From Bacteroidales bacterium (GTDB lineage: Bacteria; Bacteroidota; Bacteroidia; Bacteroidales; WCHB1-69), in assembly GCA_016285145.1 (NCBI GenBank), contig JAEEQE010000007.1:13684-77683 (forward strand): a DNA stretch of 64,000 nucleotides. Reading direction: 5' to 3'. Within the stretch, counting starts at the first letter, position 1; each line of letters begins with the position of its first letter. The position numbers and the translations under genes are program-made. This document shows positions 36,437 to 47,007 of the stretch, one piece after another. Below the pieces are notes generated by a model, which saw nothing but the letters and a program-made list of their open reading frames with translations, searched no databases and was not told the DNA's origin.

Positions 36437-37624
36437 CTATTTTTCCAATTGCAACTTCACATCGTTCAACACATTCATGTAGTTGATGAATGCCTGGTAG
36501 GGGGAGGAATAGACTTCGAAGTTACGTTTAACAAAACGGTGTCCGAACCATTTGGAACTCATGAAGTTGAAGTGGTCGGCGGCCTGCAGGCGCAGCCAGC
36601 TGAGCTTGGCCTGCGGGTTGGTGGACTGGTCATACAGCTTTTGCAGCTTGAAGAGTTGGCTGAAGGCTTCCTGCTGGAGCTCGTTGCCGATCCATTCGTG
36701 CGTGTCTTTCTCTTCGCCGGAGCAGGAGATGGGCCACGGCGCGTGCATGGTGGCGGTGGTGACATCCATGTCTAAAACCTCCTTCGGTGTGATGAAACTG
36801 TAGTTCTCGTTGGCAACCAGACGGTCCACGAGGTTGCGGAAGAAATCGAAAATCCCCGTGTCGGCGGTATAGTGCTCACCGATGGTCTCGTAATCCCAAT
36901 ACAGGTTGATAAACGGCGCTTCGCTGCCGAAGTTGCTGTTGTTGAGGAACCGCATGTATTTGTCGGCGGTCAGCGGGTACTGGTCCCAACTGTAGTCGTT
37001 GAATCGCAGCGTAATGTCGTCGCATAGCTTATAAGTGCGGAGCAGCAGGCGCACATCCGTCTGGTAAGGATTGCAGTACAGATAGGTGGGACTCTTCCAA
37101 CCCAAAATGTGGCGGGCTCCCTCGGTGAGGATGACGCGGTAGCCGGCGTCGCCTAACCATTCGCCGATTTCATCCGAATAGATGATCTCTGTGTTGCAGA
37201 AGCTCACCGGCTTGACACCGAAGGTCTCCTGTAACAGGTTCTCCTGCAAACGGATCTGTTCCATGAAGGCATCTTTCCCATACAAAGAGGCGATGCTGTG
37301 GGTGAACGTGGAACCGGTAATCTCCACGCAGTCGGTTGCGATGAGCTCCTTGAAACTCTCAATCACCTCCGGACAGTAGTTCTTGAACAATTCGATAGAA
37401 CTGCCGGAGATGCTGAAACTGAGCTTGAAGGTGTTCGGGTATTTCTTGATGAGCTCCAGCATCATCTTGTTGGCCGGAAGATAGCATCGTTCCGCCAGAC
37501 GCTTGGTCAGATAGTGGTTCTGATAGTCGTCAAAATAATCGTGGTTTTGATTGATGTCAAAAAAACGATAGGTGCGCAACCGATAGGGCTGGCTGATCTG
37601 GAAATGGAAACATATTCTATTCAT
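36437..37624 (-). CDS. Glycoside hydrolase family 57 (alpha-amylase/branching-type)
   Basis: The N-terminus MNRICFHFQISQPYRLRTYRFFDI..YFDD is typical of Bacteroidales GH57. The operon context with GT4 and GDE agrees. Confidence 0.7.
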   Translation of the reverse strand: MNRICFHFQISQPYRLRTYRFFDINQNHDYFDDYQNHYLTKRLAERCYLPANKMMLELIKKYPNTFKLSFSISGSSIELFKNYCPEVIESFKELIATDCVEITGSTFTHSIASLYGKDAFMEQIRLQENLLQETFGVKPVSFCNTEIIYSDEIGEWLGDAGYRVILTEGARHILGWKSPTYLYCNPYQTDVRLLLRTYKLCDDITLRFNDYSWDQYPLTADKYMRFLNNSNFGSEAPFINLYWDYETIGEHYTADTGIFDFFRNLVDRLVANENYSFITPKEVLDMDVTTATMHAPWPISCSGEEKDTHEWIGNELQQEAFSQLFKLQKLYDQSTNPQAKLSWLRLQAADHFNFMSSKWFGHRFVKRNFEVYSSPYQAFINYMNVLNDVKLQLEK

Positions 37625-38903
37625 GACGCAGTGTTTTTTCGTAAATGACTTTGAGTTTTTGGGCTACATATTCCCATTTGAGGTTGTTGACCTCTTCTTC
37701 GCCCTTGTCGGCGAAGAGCTTCGACAGGGCCGGGTAATGCAGGAGACCGTAGATGGCATCGGCGGTGGCATCCACGTCCCAGAAATCGACCTTGATGGCG
37801 TGTTGCAGCACTTCGGCCACACCCGACTGTTTGGAGATGACGACGGGCACCTTGGCGCGCATGGCTTCCAACGGCGAGATGCCGAACGGCTCCGAAATAG
37901 AGGGCATGACATACACGTCGCTCATGCCGAACATCTTGTCAATGTCAGCTCCACGCAGGAAACCGGTGAAATGGAAACGGTCGGAAATGCCTAACTCGGC
38001 CACGCGGCTGATGATGTGCTGCATCATGTCGCCGTCGCCGGCCAGCACGAAACGCACGTTTGGATCCTTGTCCAGCACCCGCTTGGCCGTCTCCACGAAG
38101 TAGTCCGGGCCTTTCTGGAAGGTGACACGTCCCAAAAAGGTGACGATTTTCTCGTCCACGAATTTCTCACGTTCGATTTTCTTGTCGGAAGGCACCACCG
38201 CATTGTGCAGGGTGAACACTTTCCGGGCATCGATGCCGTATTTTTCGATGACAATGTTGCGGGTAAGGTCGCTGACAGCACATACCGCATCCGCCGCCGA
38301 CATTCCCTCCTTCTCCATGCCATATACGATGTCGTTGCGGTTGTGTTCGCCGGAACGGTCGTACTCGGTGGCATGGATATGCACCACTAACGGCTTGCCG
38401 CTGATGCGCTTGGCGGCGATGCCAGCGCGGTAGGTCAGCCAATCATGCGCGTGGATGAGGTCGAACTCCTCCTGCTTGGCGATCTCGGCGGCCACCTCGG
38501 CGTAGCGGTTCACCTCCTCCATCAGATTCTGTCCGTATTTGCCGGAAAACAGATACTTGCGCTTTTCACCGGAGACTTCCTCGTGCATCAGTCCGCTTTC
38601 CAACTGGTTGATGACGTTGTAATAGTCGTCCAACCCCACGTAGGGCACCAGTTTTGAGTTGACTTGTATGAAGGAGGTTTCCCCGGCTTCGGTGAAGAAA
38701 GAGGAGTAACGGGTATCCACCTCCACGTCGCTGGCATTCACTATTCTGGCGAAGGACTGGTCCTCGTCGCCTGAAGCTCTCGGCATCACGAAGGTGACAT
38801 CCACACCGTTCAGTGCCAGCCCCTTGGTGAGACCATAGCAGGCGGTGCCCAAGCCTCCGGAAATATGCGGTGGAAACTCCCACCCGAACATTAATACTCT
38901 CAT
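37617..38903 (-). CDS. GT4 glycosyltransferase (glycogen synthase-like)
   Basis: MRVLMFGWEFPPHISGGLGTACYGL and the C-terminal E..E GT-B motifs. Overlaps the downstream gene by 8 nt. Confidence 0.75.
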   Translation of the reverse strand: MRVLMFGWEFPPHISGGLGTACYGLTKGLALNGVDVTFVMPRASGDEDQSFARIVNASDVEVDTRYSSFFTEAGETSFIQVNSKLVPYVGLDDYYNVINQLESGLMHEEVSGEKRKYLFSGKYGQNLMEEVNRYAEVAAEIAKQEEFDLIHAHDWLTYRAGIAAKRISGKPLVVHIHATEYDRSGEHNRNDIVYGMEKEGMSAADAVCAVSDLTRNIVIEKYGIDARKVFTLHNAVVPSDKKIEREKFVDEKIVTFLGRVTFQKGPDYFVETAKRVLDKDPNVRFVLAGDGDMMQHIISRVAELGISDRFHFTGFLRGADIDKMFGMSDVYVMPSISEPFGISPLEAMRAKVPVVISKQSGVAEVLQHAIKVDFWDVDATADAIYGLLHYPALSKLFADKGEEEVNNLKWEYVAQKLKVIYEKTLRHE

Positions 38904-38945
38904 GAATTATATTGTTTTATTCGTTAAAAAAAAACAAAAACTTTT

Positions 38946-40886
38946 CTATTTGTAGTGCTCGATTCTCCATTTGAGATAGAGCAGCGCGGCCACGCTCCAG
39001 GCCTGCGAGATGCAGCCGTTGGGTCTGTATGGAGGGTCGCCGTCCGCAATCTCGGCAATGGTGGAAACGCCGTAGGATTTCATGCAACTGTCGAATTTGT
39101 ATAGAATCTTTTGTAAAACGGGGATGGCGGCACTTTGATACACGGCCAGCATTCCGTCGGTGAACGGGAAAAGCAGCCAGGGCCAGCAGGTGCCCTGATG
39201 GTACGCGGCGTCACGCTCGGCCTGGTTGCCGGCGTAATGGCCCTTGTATTCGGGGTCGTTGGGCGACAGCGTGCGGATGCCCTTCTCGGTCAACAGCTCC
39301 TCGCAGGTGCGCTTCAGGATCAGCTGACGGATTTTCTCGCTGATGGGCGTGTAAGGCAAGGAGGTGGCAATCATCATGTTGGGACGAACCTGGAAGTTCT
39401 TGTAGTCGCCGTCCACGTAGTCGGCGAGGTAGCCGATCTCCTTCGACCAGAAGGTCTCCTTGAAAACATCCGGGAAATGGGCCGCAATCGGTTCCCATTC
39501 GTTCACAAAATCCTTGTCCTTGCAGTATTTGGCCAGGTCGAGGCAGAACTTGAGGGCGTTATACCAGAGGGCGTTGATTTCCACCTGACAGCCGGTGCGC
39601 GGGGTGACGGGCTTGCCGTCGATGACGGCATCCATCCACGTGAGGGCCAAGCCGGGGCCGCCGGCATAGATCAGCCCGTTATCCAGCATTCGGATGTTAT
39701 TCAGCGTGCCCTTGCGGTAGGCGCTCAGGATGTCTTTCAGCGTCTGGCCGTATTCCTCCCAGATGAGGCGTTTCTTACGGATGCATTCGGCATAGAGCTG
39801 TAGGGTGCGGATGAACCACAGCGGGGCGTCCACCGAGTTGTAGGCGGCGCCGCTGCCCTCTCCGATGTTGGGGAACAGCCCGTCGCGCATCTCCTTCACC
39901 ATGTCATCCATGATTTCCTTGCAGAGGTCGTTTTTGCCCAGGGCCAGTGTGAGACCGGGCAGGGCAATGAATGTGTCGCGGCCCCAGCGCCCGAACCACG
40001 GGTAACCGGCTATGATTTCCGTCTTGCCGTTGCGCTTGACGATGAACTGCTCCGCAGCGTTCCGCAGGCAGTTGAAGAAAGAGGAACGCGGCGTGTGCTG
40101 CTTGGCTTCCACCTCGAACAATCCGGCAATGTCGGCGGGATTGATGGGCTCGGTGCCGATGGTGATATACAATTCCTTGTTGCGAACCAAAGCTGTGATG
40201 AGGCCCGGTGCCAGCAGATCCTCGTGACCATCGTAACCGCGGTTGAGCTCCTCGGCATATTCCACATTGTTATACCACACGGGATCATGCTGATAGGAGA
40301 TCTCTTCTGAACATTGAAGATACACGGGCGTGTAATTGTCGTACAGACAATAGCCCACGCCATTCTCCACGGACTGGTAAGAAGTGTTGGCGTAGGGATT
40401 GGCATGCGTCAGTGCATGGATGTTGCGGAAAGCCAGCATCGGCTGGAATTGGATGGAGGCCGATTCGTAATCGTCCAGAATGGTGTATTTTATGATCAGC
40501 CGGTCGCTGTTGTTCAGAAACAAAATCTCTTTGGTGAAGTTGAACTTGCCCACGCGGTAGTAGCAGGTGGGCACGTTGTCGGCCGTGAAGCGTTGCAGGT
40601 ACTTGTTCCCCTTGGGTTCGATGACACCGCCTTTGTACTGATGTACACTCAGGTGGAAGTCCATGTTGTTCACGATGATGGTCTCGTTCAGGTTGGATAC
40701 GAGCACATGCCGTTCATGGCCGAGTTTGTCCTGCGGCACGATGAACAACCCGTGGTATTTCCGGGTGTTCAGTCCCGCCAGCGTGGTGGTGGCGAAGGAA
40801 CCCGTACGGCTGCATCGCAGGATCTCGCGAGTCTTGGAATAGTTGAGATTTACGAGGTCTGATTTTTCAAATTCTATGTAACTCAT
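38946..40886 (-). CDS. Amylo-alpha-1,6-glucosidase / glycogen debranching enzyme
   Basis: GDE N-terminal motif LNTRKYHGLFI and the C-terminal (alpha/alpha)6 region with CISQAWSVA. Confidence 0.75.
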   Translation of the reverse strand: MSYIEFEKSDLVNLNYSKTREILRCSRTGSFATTTLAGLNTRKYHGLFIVPQDKLGHERHVLVSNLNETIIVNNMDFHLSVHQYKGGVIEPKGNKYLQRFTADNVPTCYYRVGKFNFTKEILFLNNSDRLIIKYTILDDYESASIQFQPMLAFRNIHALTHANPYANTSYQSVENGVGYCLYDNYTPVYLQCSEEISYQHDPVWYNNVEYAEELNRGYDGHEDLLAPGLITALVRNKELYITIGTEPINPADIAGLFEVEAKQHTPRSSFFNCLRNAAEQFIVKRNGKTEIIAGYPWFGRWGRDTFIALPGLTLALGKNDLCKEIMDDMVKEMRDGLFPNIGEGSGAAYNSVDAPLWFIRTLQLYAECIRKKRLIWEEYGQTLKDILSAYRKGTLNNIRMLDNGLIYAGGPGLALTWMDAVIDGKPVTPRTGCQVEINALWYNALKFCLDLAKYCKDKDFVNEWEPIAAHFPDVFKETFWSKEIGYLADYVDGDYKNFQVRPNMMIATSLPYTPISEKIRQLILKRTCEELLTEKGIRTLSPNDPEYKGHYAGNQAERDAAYHQGTCWPWLLFPFTDGMLAVYQSAAIPVLQKILYKFDSCMKSYGVSTIAEIADGDPPYRPNGCISQAWSVAALLYLKWRIEHYK

Positions 40887-40944
40887 TGTATATAAAATTG
40901 ATATATATAATAATCCAAAATTACAATTTCGATTTTACGAACTG

Positions 40945-40952
40945 CAAAGATA
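40945..40952 (-). promoter_or_regulatory. -7 promoter box (TATCTTTG) for the glycogen operon
   Basis: Plus strand reads caaagata, ~60 nt upstream of the ATG at 40886. Confidence 0.4.
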
Positions 40953-41147
40953 CGAAAATTAATTTTATCAAACGATGTTTGTTAACAAGTTTCTCGGTGG
41001 CGGATGTCGTTTTGCGATTTGCGGTTTACGGTTTGCGATGAGTGGTTCATAAAACACTGACCGCTAATCACGAACTGTTCTCCTTTGGCTGCCCATAAGG
41101 CAGGCCAGCGGTCTGCCGGGGTGGGTAGGAACAGGGCCGACCATTAA

Positions 41148-41714
41148 TTATTCGTTTTGTTTTTTCGGCATCCAATGGCAGGGTTGAACCAATAGTGGAA
41201 TGAAACGATTGTACCAATAGGCGTAGATGTTATACGAATGACTGTCATCTTCATAAAAATCGGCTGCATTATAATGATAGAAAAAAGATGCAGTCTCCTC
41301 ACTTTCCCTGAAAATAGATTCTGTCAGGTCCGTATTCCGATGTGTTCTGACGAAGCAGATAATTCCATCATATTGAAAGAAACCGGTATATTCTACCAGA
41401 AAAGCATCTTTGTAATTTTCCATCCAAAAGGCATAGTAGCAATAACTTATGCTTGTATCAGGAATGGACAAAGTATCTACCACTATTACTATACAGATAC
41501 TGTCGGTGTAATAGTTGCATAAACTTTCCGCTTCTATAACACTGTCAATAACTTCGAATATTGCGGAGTCGCATATTTCATATTGTCGCATGGTGATGAT
41601 GGTGTCATAGGAATCCCATATTTTTGAGGGAGTGTCCTGTGCGGTTGCCACAAACACAGCATTGTTGCAACCGAATAAAAGGATGAACAATAAGATACGA
41701 TATAAATTATTCAT
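41148..41714 (-). CDS. Hypothetical secreted protein
   Basis: Internal start MNNLYRILLFILLFGCNNAVFVATAQ (signal peptide). The 344-aa track ORF upstream of this start runs through repeat sequence. AT-rich. Confidence 0.45.
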   Translation of the reverse strand: MNNLYRILLFILLFGCNNAVFVATAQDTPSKIWDSYDTIITMRQYEICDSAIFEVIDSVIEAESLCNYYTDSICIVIVVDTLSIPDTSISYCYYAFWMENYKDAFLVEYTGFFQYDGIICFVRTHRNTDLTESIFRESEETASFFYHYNAADFYEDDSHSYNIYAYWYNRFIPLLVQPCHWMPKKQNE

Positions 41715-41779
41715 GAGGGCAAAAATACAAAATATTACGACATTGCCCACAATAGGAAATACCTTTCCGAAGGGGTTTG

Positions 41780-42135
41780 TTTTCTCCGTTACTCGGTTGT
41801 CTTTTTCGTTTCGCGGCGTGCATGTCTTTTCTCCGTGGAATGTGCCTGTCGCGCCGCGACATCGTGTGCGCACGCGCAATGTTACCGAGCTTCCGTCCCT
41901 GCCGGGACGTGGGGAGATTCCGCCGCTCCTGCTGTCACTGGCGGAATGGTGCACATCGCACTTGCTGTCCAGACGGCGGCAGATTGTCTTTTCCGATATC
42001 CAAATTCTTGTGCCGCCGTATTCATGTCGTAGTGGCAACGCACCATTCCGCGAAACGCGGTAGCGTTGAGCGGAATCCCCATACATTCCATGATACCGCA
42101 AATCGAAAAAAACACTACCTTTGCCCCGCAATGAA
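41780..42135 (+). repeat. Mosaic structured repeat (inverted family-B-like head plus family A body)
   Basis: 41895-42135 aligns with 7425-7662. 41800-41895 is the reverse complement of family B blocks. It ends in a TACCTTTG box at 42116-42123, 41 nt before the ATG at 42164. Confidence 0.75.
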
Positions 42136-42163
42136 CTTTTTACAATAATCGGACAATTGTAAT

Positions 42164-42646
42164 ATGAAGAAGAAACATTCAATCCTCCGGATAGTTATAT
42201 GCTTGATTCTCGTTTTATTTGTGGTTTTTGAATTGGCTTGTATGTTGATCTGCAAGGGGAATTTTGTTGTGGATTCATTGGTTTTCAATTGTTATGAAAC
42301 ATGTGCGCCATATAGCCAACATACTGTTTTAAGGGAAAACCAATATGTGACAGATGATATCGTTCATACTGTGATCCGGGATTCAGTGGATTTTGAGATT
42401 TTCATAGATGATAATCCGTTGTATATTGACACGCTGTTTCAGGATGACGGATTTATTATCAAACGTAAAAGCTGTTGGCTGCGGCCTGGCAGACACGACA
42501 TCACCCTGAAATCAGATGCATTAAATGTTTCTTACACATATCCTGTACATTGTTTCCTTTTCATGGTTGTATATGTGGAAAGCGGTGATGATCCCTGTTT
42601 TTGGATAACCAAACATTATCTACCACTAAGAAGAAGATTGATTTAG
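42164..42646 (+). CDS. Hypothetical membrane-anchored protein
   Basis: N-terminal TM segment (ILRIVICLILVLFVVFELACMLI). AT-rich. No family recognised. Confidence 0.45.
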   Translation: MKKKHSILRIVICLILVLFVVFELACMLICKGNFVVDSLVFNCYETCAPYSQHTVLRENQYVTDDIVHTVIRDSVDFEIFIDDNPLYIDTLFQDDGFIIKRKSCWLRPGRHDITLKSDALNVSYTYPVHCFLFMVVYVESGDDPCFWITKHYLPLRRRLI

Positions 42647-42716
42647 ATGTCCCAACGGCCAACGGCCGATAACTAACGGCCAATAGCCAATAGCTAACGG
42701 CCAACTCCCAACCGCC

Positions 42717-43280
42717 TCAAAACACCCCGTGCTCGTACAATGTTTTGATGCCGAGGCCGATGAGTACCAGTCCGGCAAGGACGGAGGCCCATCTTTCCGG
42801 CACGGGAATGTGCTGCTTGCCGAGGGTGATGCCGACCATGGAGACGATGAATGTGACGATGAAGATGATGAGGACGGTCAGGAGGATGCGGGCCAGGCTG
42901 GCGTTCATCCCGAAGCCGATGCCCACCACGAAGGCGTCAATACTCGTGGCCACGGCCAATGTGCAGATTACCCAATAACGGGAGATGTCCAGAACCTTCT
43001 GCTCTTCGTCGCTGCGGAAGCCGTCCACAATCATCTTGATGCCTACCGCCGCCAGAAGCCCGAAGGCTATCCAGTGGTCAACCGACTCGATGGCCGACAG
43101 GCAGGCATTCCCGATCAGGGCGCCAATCAAGGGGAACCCGCCCTGGAAGAGGGCGAAGGTGAAGGCTAGCAGCAACCCGCGGGAATAGCTCATTTTGCTC
43201 TTCATCGCACACGTGGTGGAAACCACTAACGAGTCCACGCAGAGGGCCAAGGCTAACAGAAAGGATTCTAACAGTGTCAT
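42717..43280 (-). CDS. mntP: Manganese efflux pump MntP
   Basis: MTLLESFLLALALCVDSLVVS.. 187 aa, six TM segments, duplicated DUF204-type halves. Confidence 0.75.
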   Translation of the reverse strand: MTLLESFLLALALCVDSLVVSTTCAMKSKMSYSRGLLLAFTFALFQGGFPLIGALIGNACLSAIESVDHWIAFGLLAAVGIKMIVDGFRSDEEQKVLDISRYWVICTLAVATSIDAFVVGIGFGMNASLARILLTVLIIFIVTFIVSMVGITLGKQHIPVPERWASVLAGLVLIGLGIKTLYEHGVF

Positions 43281-43286
43281 AGACGA

Positions 43287-44330
43287 TTATGCAGTACGAA
43301 CCTTCTTGGGGAAAATGAGAGAAGCGACAATGGAGACAATCAAAATGCCTAAAATGATCATCAGTGAGCCCGTGGTGGAGATTGTGATTCCGAAGAACTC
43401 GTGTCCGATCATCTTGAGTCCAATAAAGCATAACAGGCCGCCAAGGCCGTATCTCAACAGCCAGAAGGTGTCGGTTACGTTGCTCAGCAGGAAGAACAGC
43501 GACCGCAGGCCCATGATGGCGAATATGTTGGAGAAGAAGACGATGAAGGTGTCGGTGGTAACGGAAAAGACAGCGGGAATGGAGTCCACGGCGAAGATGA
43601 TGTCCGAAAACTCAATCACCAAGAGCACGAGAAACAGCGGCGTCATGAAGATCTTGCCGTCAATCTTGGTGAAGAAGTTGTGCCCGTCGCAGTTGGGCGT
43701 GAGACGGAAGTGCTTGGCAGCGAACTTCACTACGGGATGGTTGGCAGTGTCGATCTTCTCGTCGCCCTTATCGCGGAACATCTTGATGCCGCTGTAGATG
43801 AGGATGACGCCGAAGATGGCTAAAATCCAGGAGAAGCGTTCCACCACGGCCCCTAATGCGAAGATGAAGATGAATCGCATCACGATGGCGCCGAGGATGC
43901 CCCAGAACAGCACGCGGTGATAGTACTTCTTCTCAATGCCGAAGCTGGCGAAAATCATAATCATCACGAAGATGTTGTCAATGGAAAGCGATTCCTCCAA
44001 GAAATAGCCTGCCAAGAACTGGTTTGCCATCTCTTTGCGATACACGTCTAACGCGCTGGCATAGTCCATGCCGGCAATCTCCTGGGCCAGCGAACTCCCA
44101 TGCGCGTATAGGCTCAGGTCAGCCAGGCTGGTGATGCCGTGAATCCACTCGGCGTGGAAACGGATGAGCAGTGCCATGCCCATGGCCATCAGCACCCAGA
44201 TGCCCGTCCAGATGGCCGCCTCCTTGGTTTTTATAACGTGGTCCTTTTTGTGAAATACCCCCAAGTCCAAAGCTAACATGAAGGTAATGAAGACCATGAA
44301 AAGGATGAAGAACAGTATTCGTGATGTCAT
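43287..44330 (-). CDS. TerC/Alx-family membrane protein
   Basis: LALDLGVFHKK.. and EESLSIDNIFVM motifs. The ATG at 44330 is preferred over the TTG at 44354 used by the track. Confidence 0.75.
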   Translation of the reverse strand: MTSRILFFILFMVFITFMLALDLGVFHKKDHVIKTKEAAIWTGIWVLMAMGMALLIRFHAEWIHGITSLADLSLYAHGSSLAQEIAGMDYASALDVYRKEMANQFLAGYFLEESLSIDNIFVMIMIFASFGIEKKYYHRVLFWGILGAIVMRFIFIFALGAVVERFSWILAIFGVILIYSGIKMFRDKGDEKIDTANHPVVKFAAKHFRLTPNCDGHNFFTKIDGKIFMTPLFLVLLVIEFSDIIFAVDSIPAVFSVTTDTFIVFFSNIFAIMGLRSLFFLLSNVTDTFWLLRYGLGGLLCFIGLKMIGHEFFGITISTTGSLMIILGILIVSIVASLIFPKKVRTA

Positions 44331-44392
44331 AATTAACGTTTTTTTTCTTTCCAATAAAATAACAAAGACCCATAGACACAGCAGGTGCGTCC

Positions 44393-44484
44393 ATGAGTCT
44401 TATCGCTTAGGAGCGGCACCATGCCATCCGATGGCAGGGATTGTTGATGCCGTTCACGGCTTGCGCCGCCAATTACTCCCTCAT
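44393..44484 (-). promoter_or_regulatory. Probable yybP-ykoY (Mn2+) riboswitch
   Basis: Minus strand reads AUGAGGGAGUAAUUGGCGGCGC...UGCCAUCGGAUGGCA..GCCGCUCCUAAGCGAUAAGACUCAU. The GGGAGUA and AGC.A.AAGAC loops and the AUGAG/CUCAU closing helix resemble the consensus I recall. It sits upstream of terC-mntP, the classic regulon. Confidence 0.6.
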
Positions 44485-44497
44485 ATTCTTTTTTTCA

Positions 44498-44815
44498 TCA
44501 GACCTTGATTTCAACGTCCACGCCGCTCGGCAATTCGAGTTTCATCAGGGCGTCGATGGTCTTGGAAGTGGTGCCGTAAATGTCCAAGAGTCTCTTGTAG
44601 GTGGAGAGCTGGAATTGCTCTCTGGACTTCTTGTTGACAAAGGTGGAACGGTTCACCGTGAAAATTTTGGTGTGCGTTGGCAATGGAATAGGTCCAACCA
44701 ATACAACATCCTTGTCGTCCTTGACACCCTTGACCGTCTTCACGATCTTCTCGGCTGACTTGTCAACCAGGGTGTGGTCGAATGATTTTAATTTGATTCT
44801 AATTCTGTGACTCAC
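44498..44815 (-). CDS. rpsJ: Ribosomal protein S10 (carries a 4-aa insertion)
   Basis: [70 protein letters not shown]. 105 aa. Confidence 0.9.
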   Translation of the reverse strand: MSHRIRIKLKSFDHTLVDKSAEKIVKTVKGVKDDKDVVLVGPIPLPTHTKIFTVNRSTFVNKKSREQFQLSTYKRLLDIYGTTSKTIDALMKLELPSGVDVEIKV

Positions 44816-44862
44816 TGTTTTTGTTTTTTAATTATTACGTAATATGTTTTTTCTGTATGTTC

Positions 44863-46956
44863 TTATAAAATAAATCTTCCGACATTCATGATATAGTCCT
44901 TTACTTCGGGTGGAACTTCCGCATATTTCTGGAATTCCATACTGAATGTTGCCCGGCCGGATGTGATGGATCGCAAGGTTGTCACGTATCCGAACATCTC
45001 GGCCAAAGGCACTTGAGCCGTAATCACCTGGAAGCCGACCTTGGCATCGATCTGCTCTAATACGGAGCGGCGGCGGTTAAGGTCGCCGGTCACGTTGCCG
45101 ATGTATTCGTCCGGCGTGGTGATTTCCACCTTCATGATGGGTTCCAAAATGCAGGTGTCGATTTGCTGGAGGGCATCCCGGAAACCGATCTTGGCGCAGA
45201 TCTCGAAGGCGAGCGCGTCAGAATCGGCGGGGTGCGTCTCCCCGTCCAAAACGGTCACCGACATGGATTCCACGGGGAAACCGTATTTGCCGTTCGACAT
45301 GGCGAGCTTGAATCCCTTTTCGGCACCGGCCAGATACTCTTTCGGTATGGCCCCGCCTTTCACCTCGCTCTGGAATTTCAGCCCTTTCTCGCTGTAAGGC
45401 AGCGGGTCGAGGCGGAAGTCCATGACAGCGAAGGAACCTTTGCCGCCGGTCTGCCGTTTGTAAGCCGCGTGGTACTGTAGCGAGGAGGCTAACGCCTCTT
45501 TGTATGCCACGCGCGGCTTGCCGTGGTTGCAGTCCACGTTGAACTCGCGCTTGAGACGGTCCAACAGGATGTCCAAATGCAATTCGCCCATACCGCTGAT
45601 GAGTGTCTGCCCCGACTCCGAATCCTCCCGCACCATGAAGGTGGGGTCTTCGTCGGAGAGCTTCTCTAAAGCCTGCATCATCTTGTCTTCGTCGTCCTTG
45701 GTCTTCGGCTCGATGGCGATTTGGATCACCGGTTCGGGGAAGGTGATGCTTTCCAGAATCACGGGATGCTTCTCGTCGGTGAGACTGTCGCCGGTGTGGA
45801 TCTCCTTCATGCCCACGAGGGCCACGATGTTTCCTGCCGAGACGTTATCTAACGGCTGTTGCTTGTTAGAGTGCATCTGGAGGATCTTGGAGACCCTTTC
45901 CCGTTTGCCGGAGGAGACGTTGTAGAGCGTCTCGCCGGATTTGAGCACGCCGGAATAGACTTTGATGAAGGTCAGTTTCCCGACGTACGGGTCGGTGGCA
46001 ATTTTGAAGGCTAAAGCCGAAAATGGTGCGTTGGCATCGCAAGGACGTGTTTCCTCGGTTCCCGTCTTGGGGTTCGTGCCGGTGATGGCAGGCATGTCCA
46101 AGGGGGAGGGGAGGTACATCACGATGGCATCCAGCAGCTTCTGCACTCCTTTGTTTTTGAAGGAGGACCCGCAGAACACCGGCTCGATGTGATGCTCCAG
46201 GGTGGCTTTACGGATGGTGGATACCAGTTCTTCGATGGTGATGCTGTCCGGGTCGTCGAAGTACTTCTCCATCAGAGATTCGTCTTCTTCGGCCAATGCC
46301 TCAATCAGCTTGGTACGGTATTCGGCCACTTCGTCAGCCATGTCGGCGGGAATGTCGATTTCCTCGTAGGTGTTGCCCTGGTCCTCTTCATTCCACTGGT
46401 ACGCCTTCATCTCCAACAGATCAACCACCCCGATGAAGGAATCCTCCACTCCGATAGGCAGTTGCAATGGGATTGGGTTGGCGTTGAGCTTCTCACGGAT
46501 TTGGTCCACCACGGCGTAGAAGTTGGCTCCTGAACGGTCCATCTTGTTGACGTAGCAGATGCGGGCGACATTGTATTTGTTGGCCTGCCGCCACACGGTC
46601 TCCGATTGCGCTTCCACACCGCCCACGGCGCAGAAAATGGCTACGGCTCCATCCAATATTCTCAAAGAACGTTCGACTTCCACAGTGAAATCAACATGTC
46701 CCGGTGTGTCGATGATGTTGATTTTGAAGTCGTTCGACTGGTGTTTCCACATCACCGTTGTGGCGGCGCTGGTAATCGTGATTCCTCGTTCCTGTTCCTG
46801 CACCATCCAGTCCATGGTGGCAGTACCTTCATCTACCTCGCCGATTTTATAGTTCTTCCCGGTGTAGTAGAGAATCCGCTCCGTGGTTGTCGTCTTACCG
46901 GCATCGATATGGGCCATAATGCCAATGTTCCGGATGTTCAGCAGATCTTCAGCCAT
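44863..46956 (-). CDS. fusA: Elongation factor G
   Basis: G motifs are intact ([23 protein letters not shown]). 697 aa. Confidence 0.9.
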   Translation of the reverse strand: MAEDLLNIRNIGIMAHIDAGKTTTTERILYYTGKNYKIGEVDEGTATMDWMVQEQERGITITSAATTVMWKHQSNDFKINIIDTPGHVDFTVEVERSLRILDGAVAIFCAVGGVEAQSETVWRQANKYNVARICYVNKMDRSGANFYAVVDQIREKLNANPIPLQLPIGVEDSFIGVVDLLEMKAYQWNEEDQGNTYEEIDIPADMADEVAEYRTKLIEALAEEDESLMEKYFDDPDSITIEELVSTIRKATLEHHIEPVFCGSSFKNKGVQKLLDAIVMYLPSPLDMPAITGTNPKTGTEETRPCDANAPFSALAFKIATDPYVGKLTFIKVYSGVLKSGETLYNVSSGKRERVSKILQMHSNKQQPLDNVSAGNIVALVGMKEIHTGDSLTDEKHPVILESITFPEPVIQIAIEPKTKDDEDKMMQALEKLSDEDPTFMVREDSESGQTLISGMGELHLDILLDRLKREFNVDCNHGKPRVAYKEALASSLQYHAAYKRQTGGKGSFAVMDFRLDPLPYSEKGLKFQSEVKGGAIPKEYLAGAEKGFKLAMSNGKYGFPVESMSVTVLDGETHPADSDALAFEICAKIGFRDALQQIDTCILEPIMKVEITTPDEYIGNVTGDLNRRRSVLEQIDAKVGFQVITAQVPLAEMFGYVTTLRSITSGRATFSMEFQKYAEVPPEVKDYIMNVGRFIL

Positions 46957-47007
46957 TGGGATATTCTCTTTTCAGTCAGAAACTATAGGTGAATGTCAGA
47001 AGTTATG

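Noticed and set aside
44119-44394. 91-aa minus-strand ORF overlapping the terC start and the riboswitch, and the TTG/GTG-extended starts at 44354, 6633 and 61531
   Set aside because: The overlapping ORF is out of frame with the TM-rich TerC sequence. For the extensions, downstream ATG starts fit homolog N-termini and promoter spacing better.
44863-46956. GTPase-inactive EF-G2 paralog
   Set aside because: All G1-G4 motifs are intact, and the gene sits in the canonical rpsG-fusA-rpsJ position. I only flag its divergence; I do not call it EF-G2.
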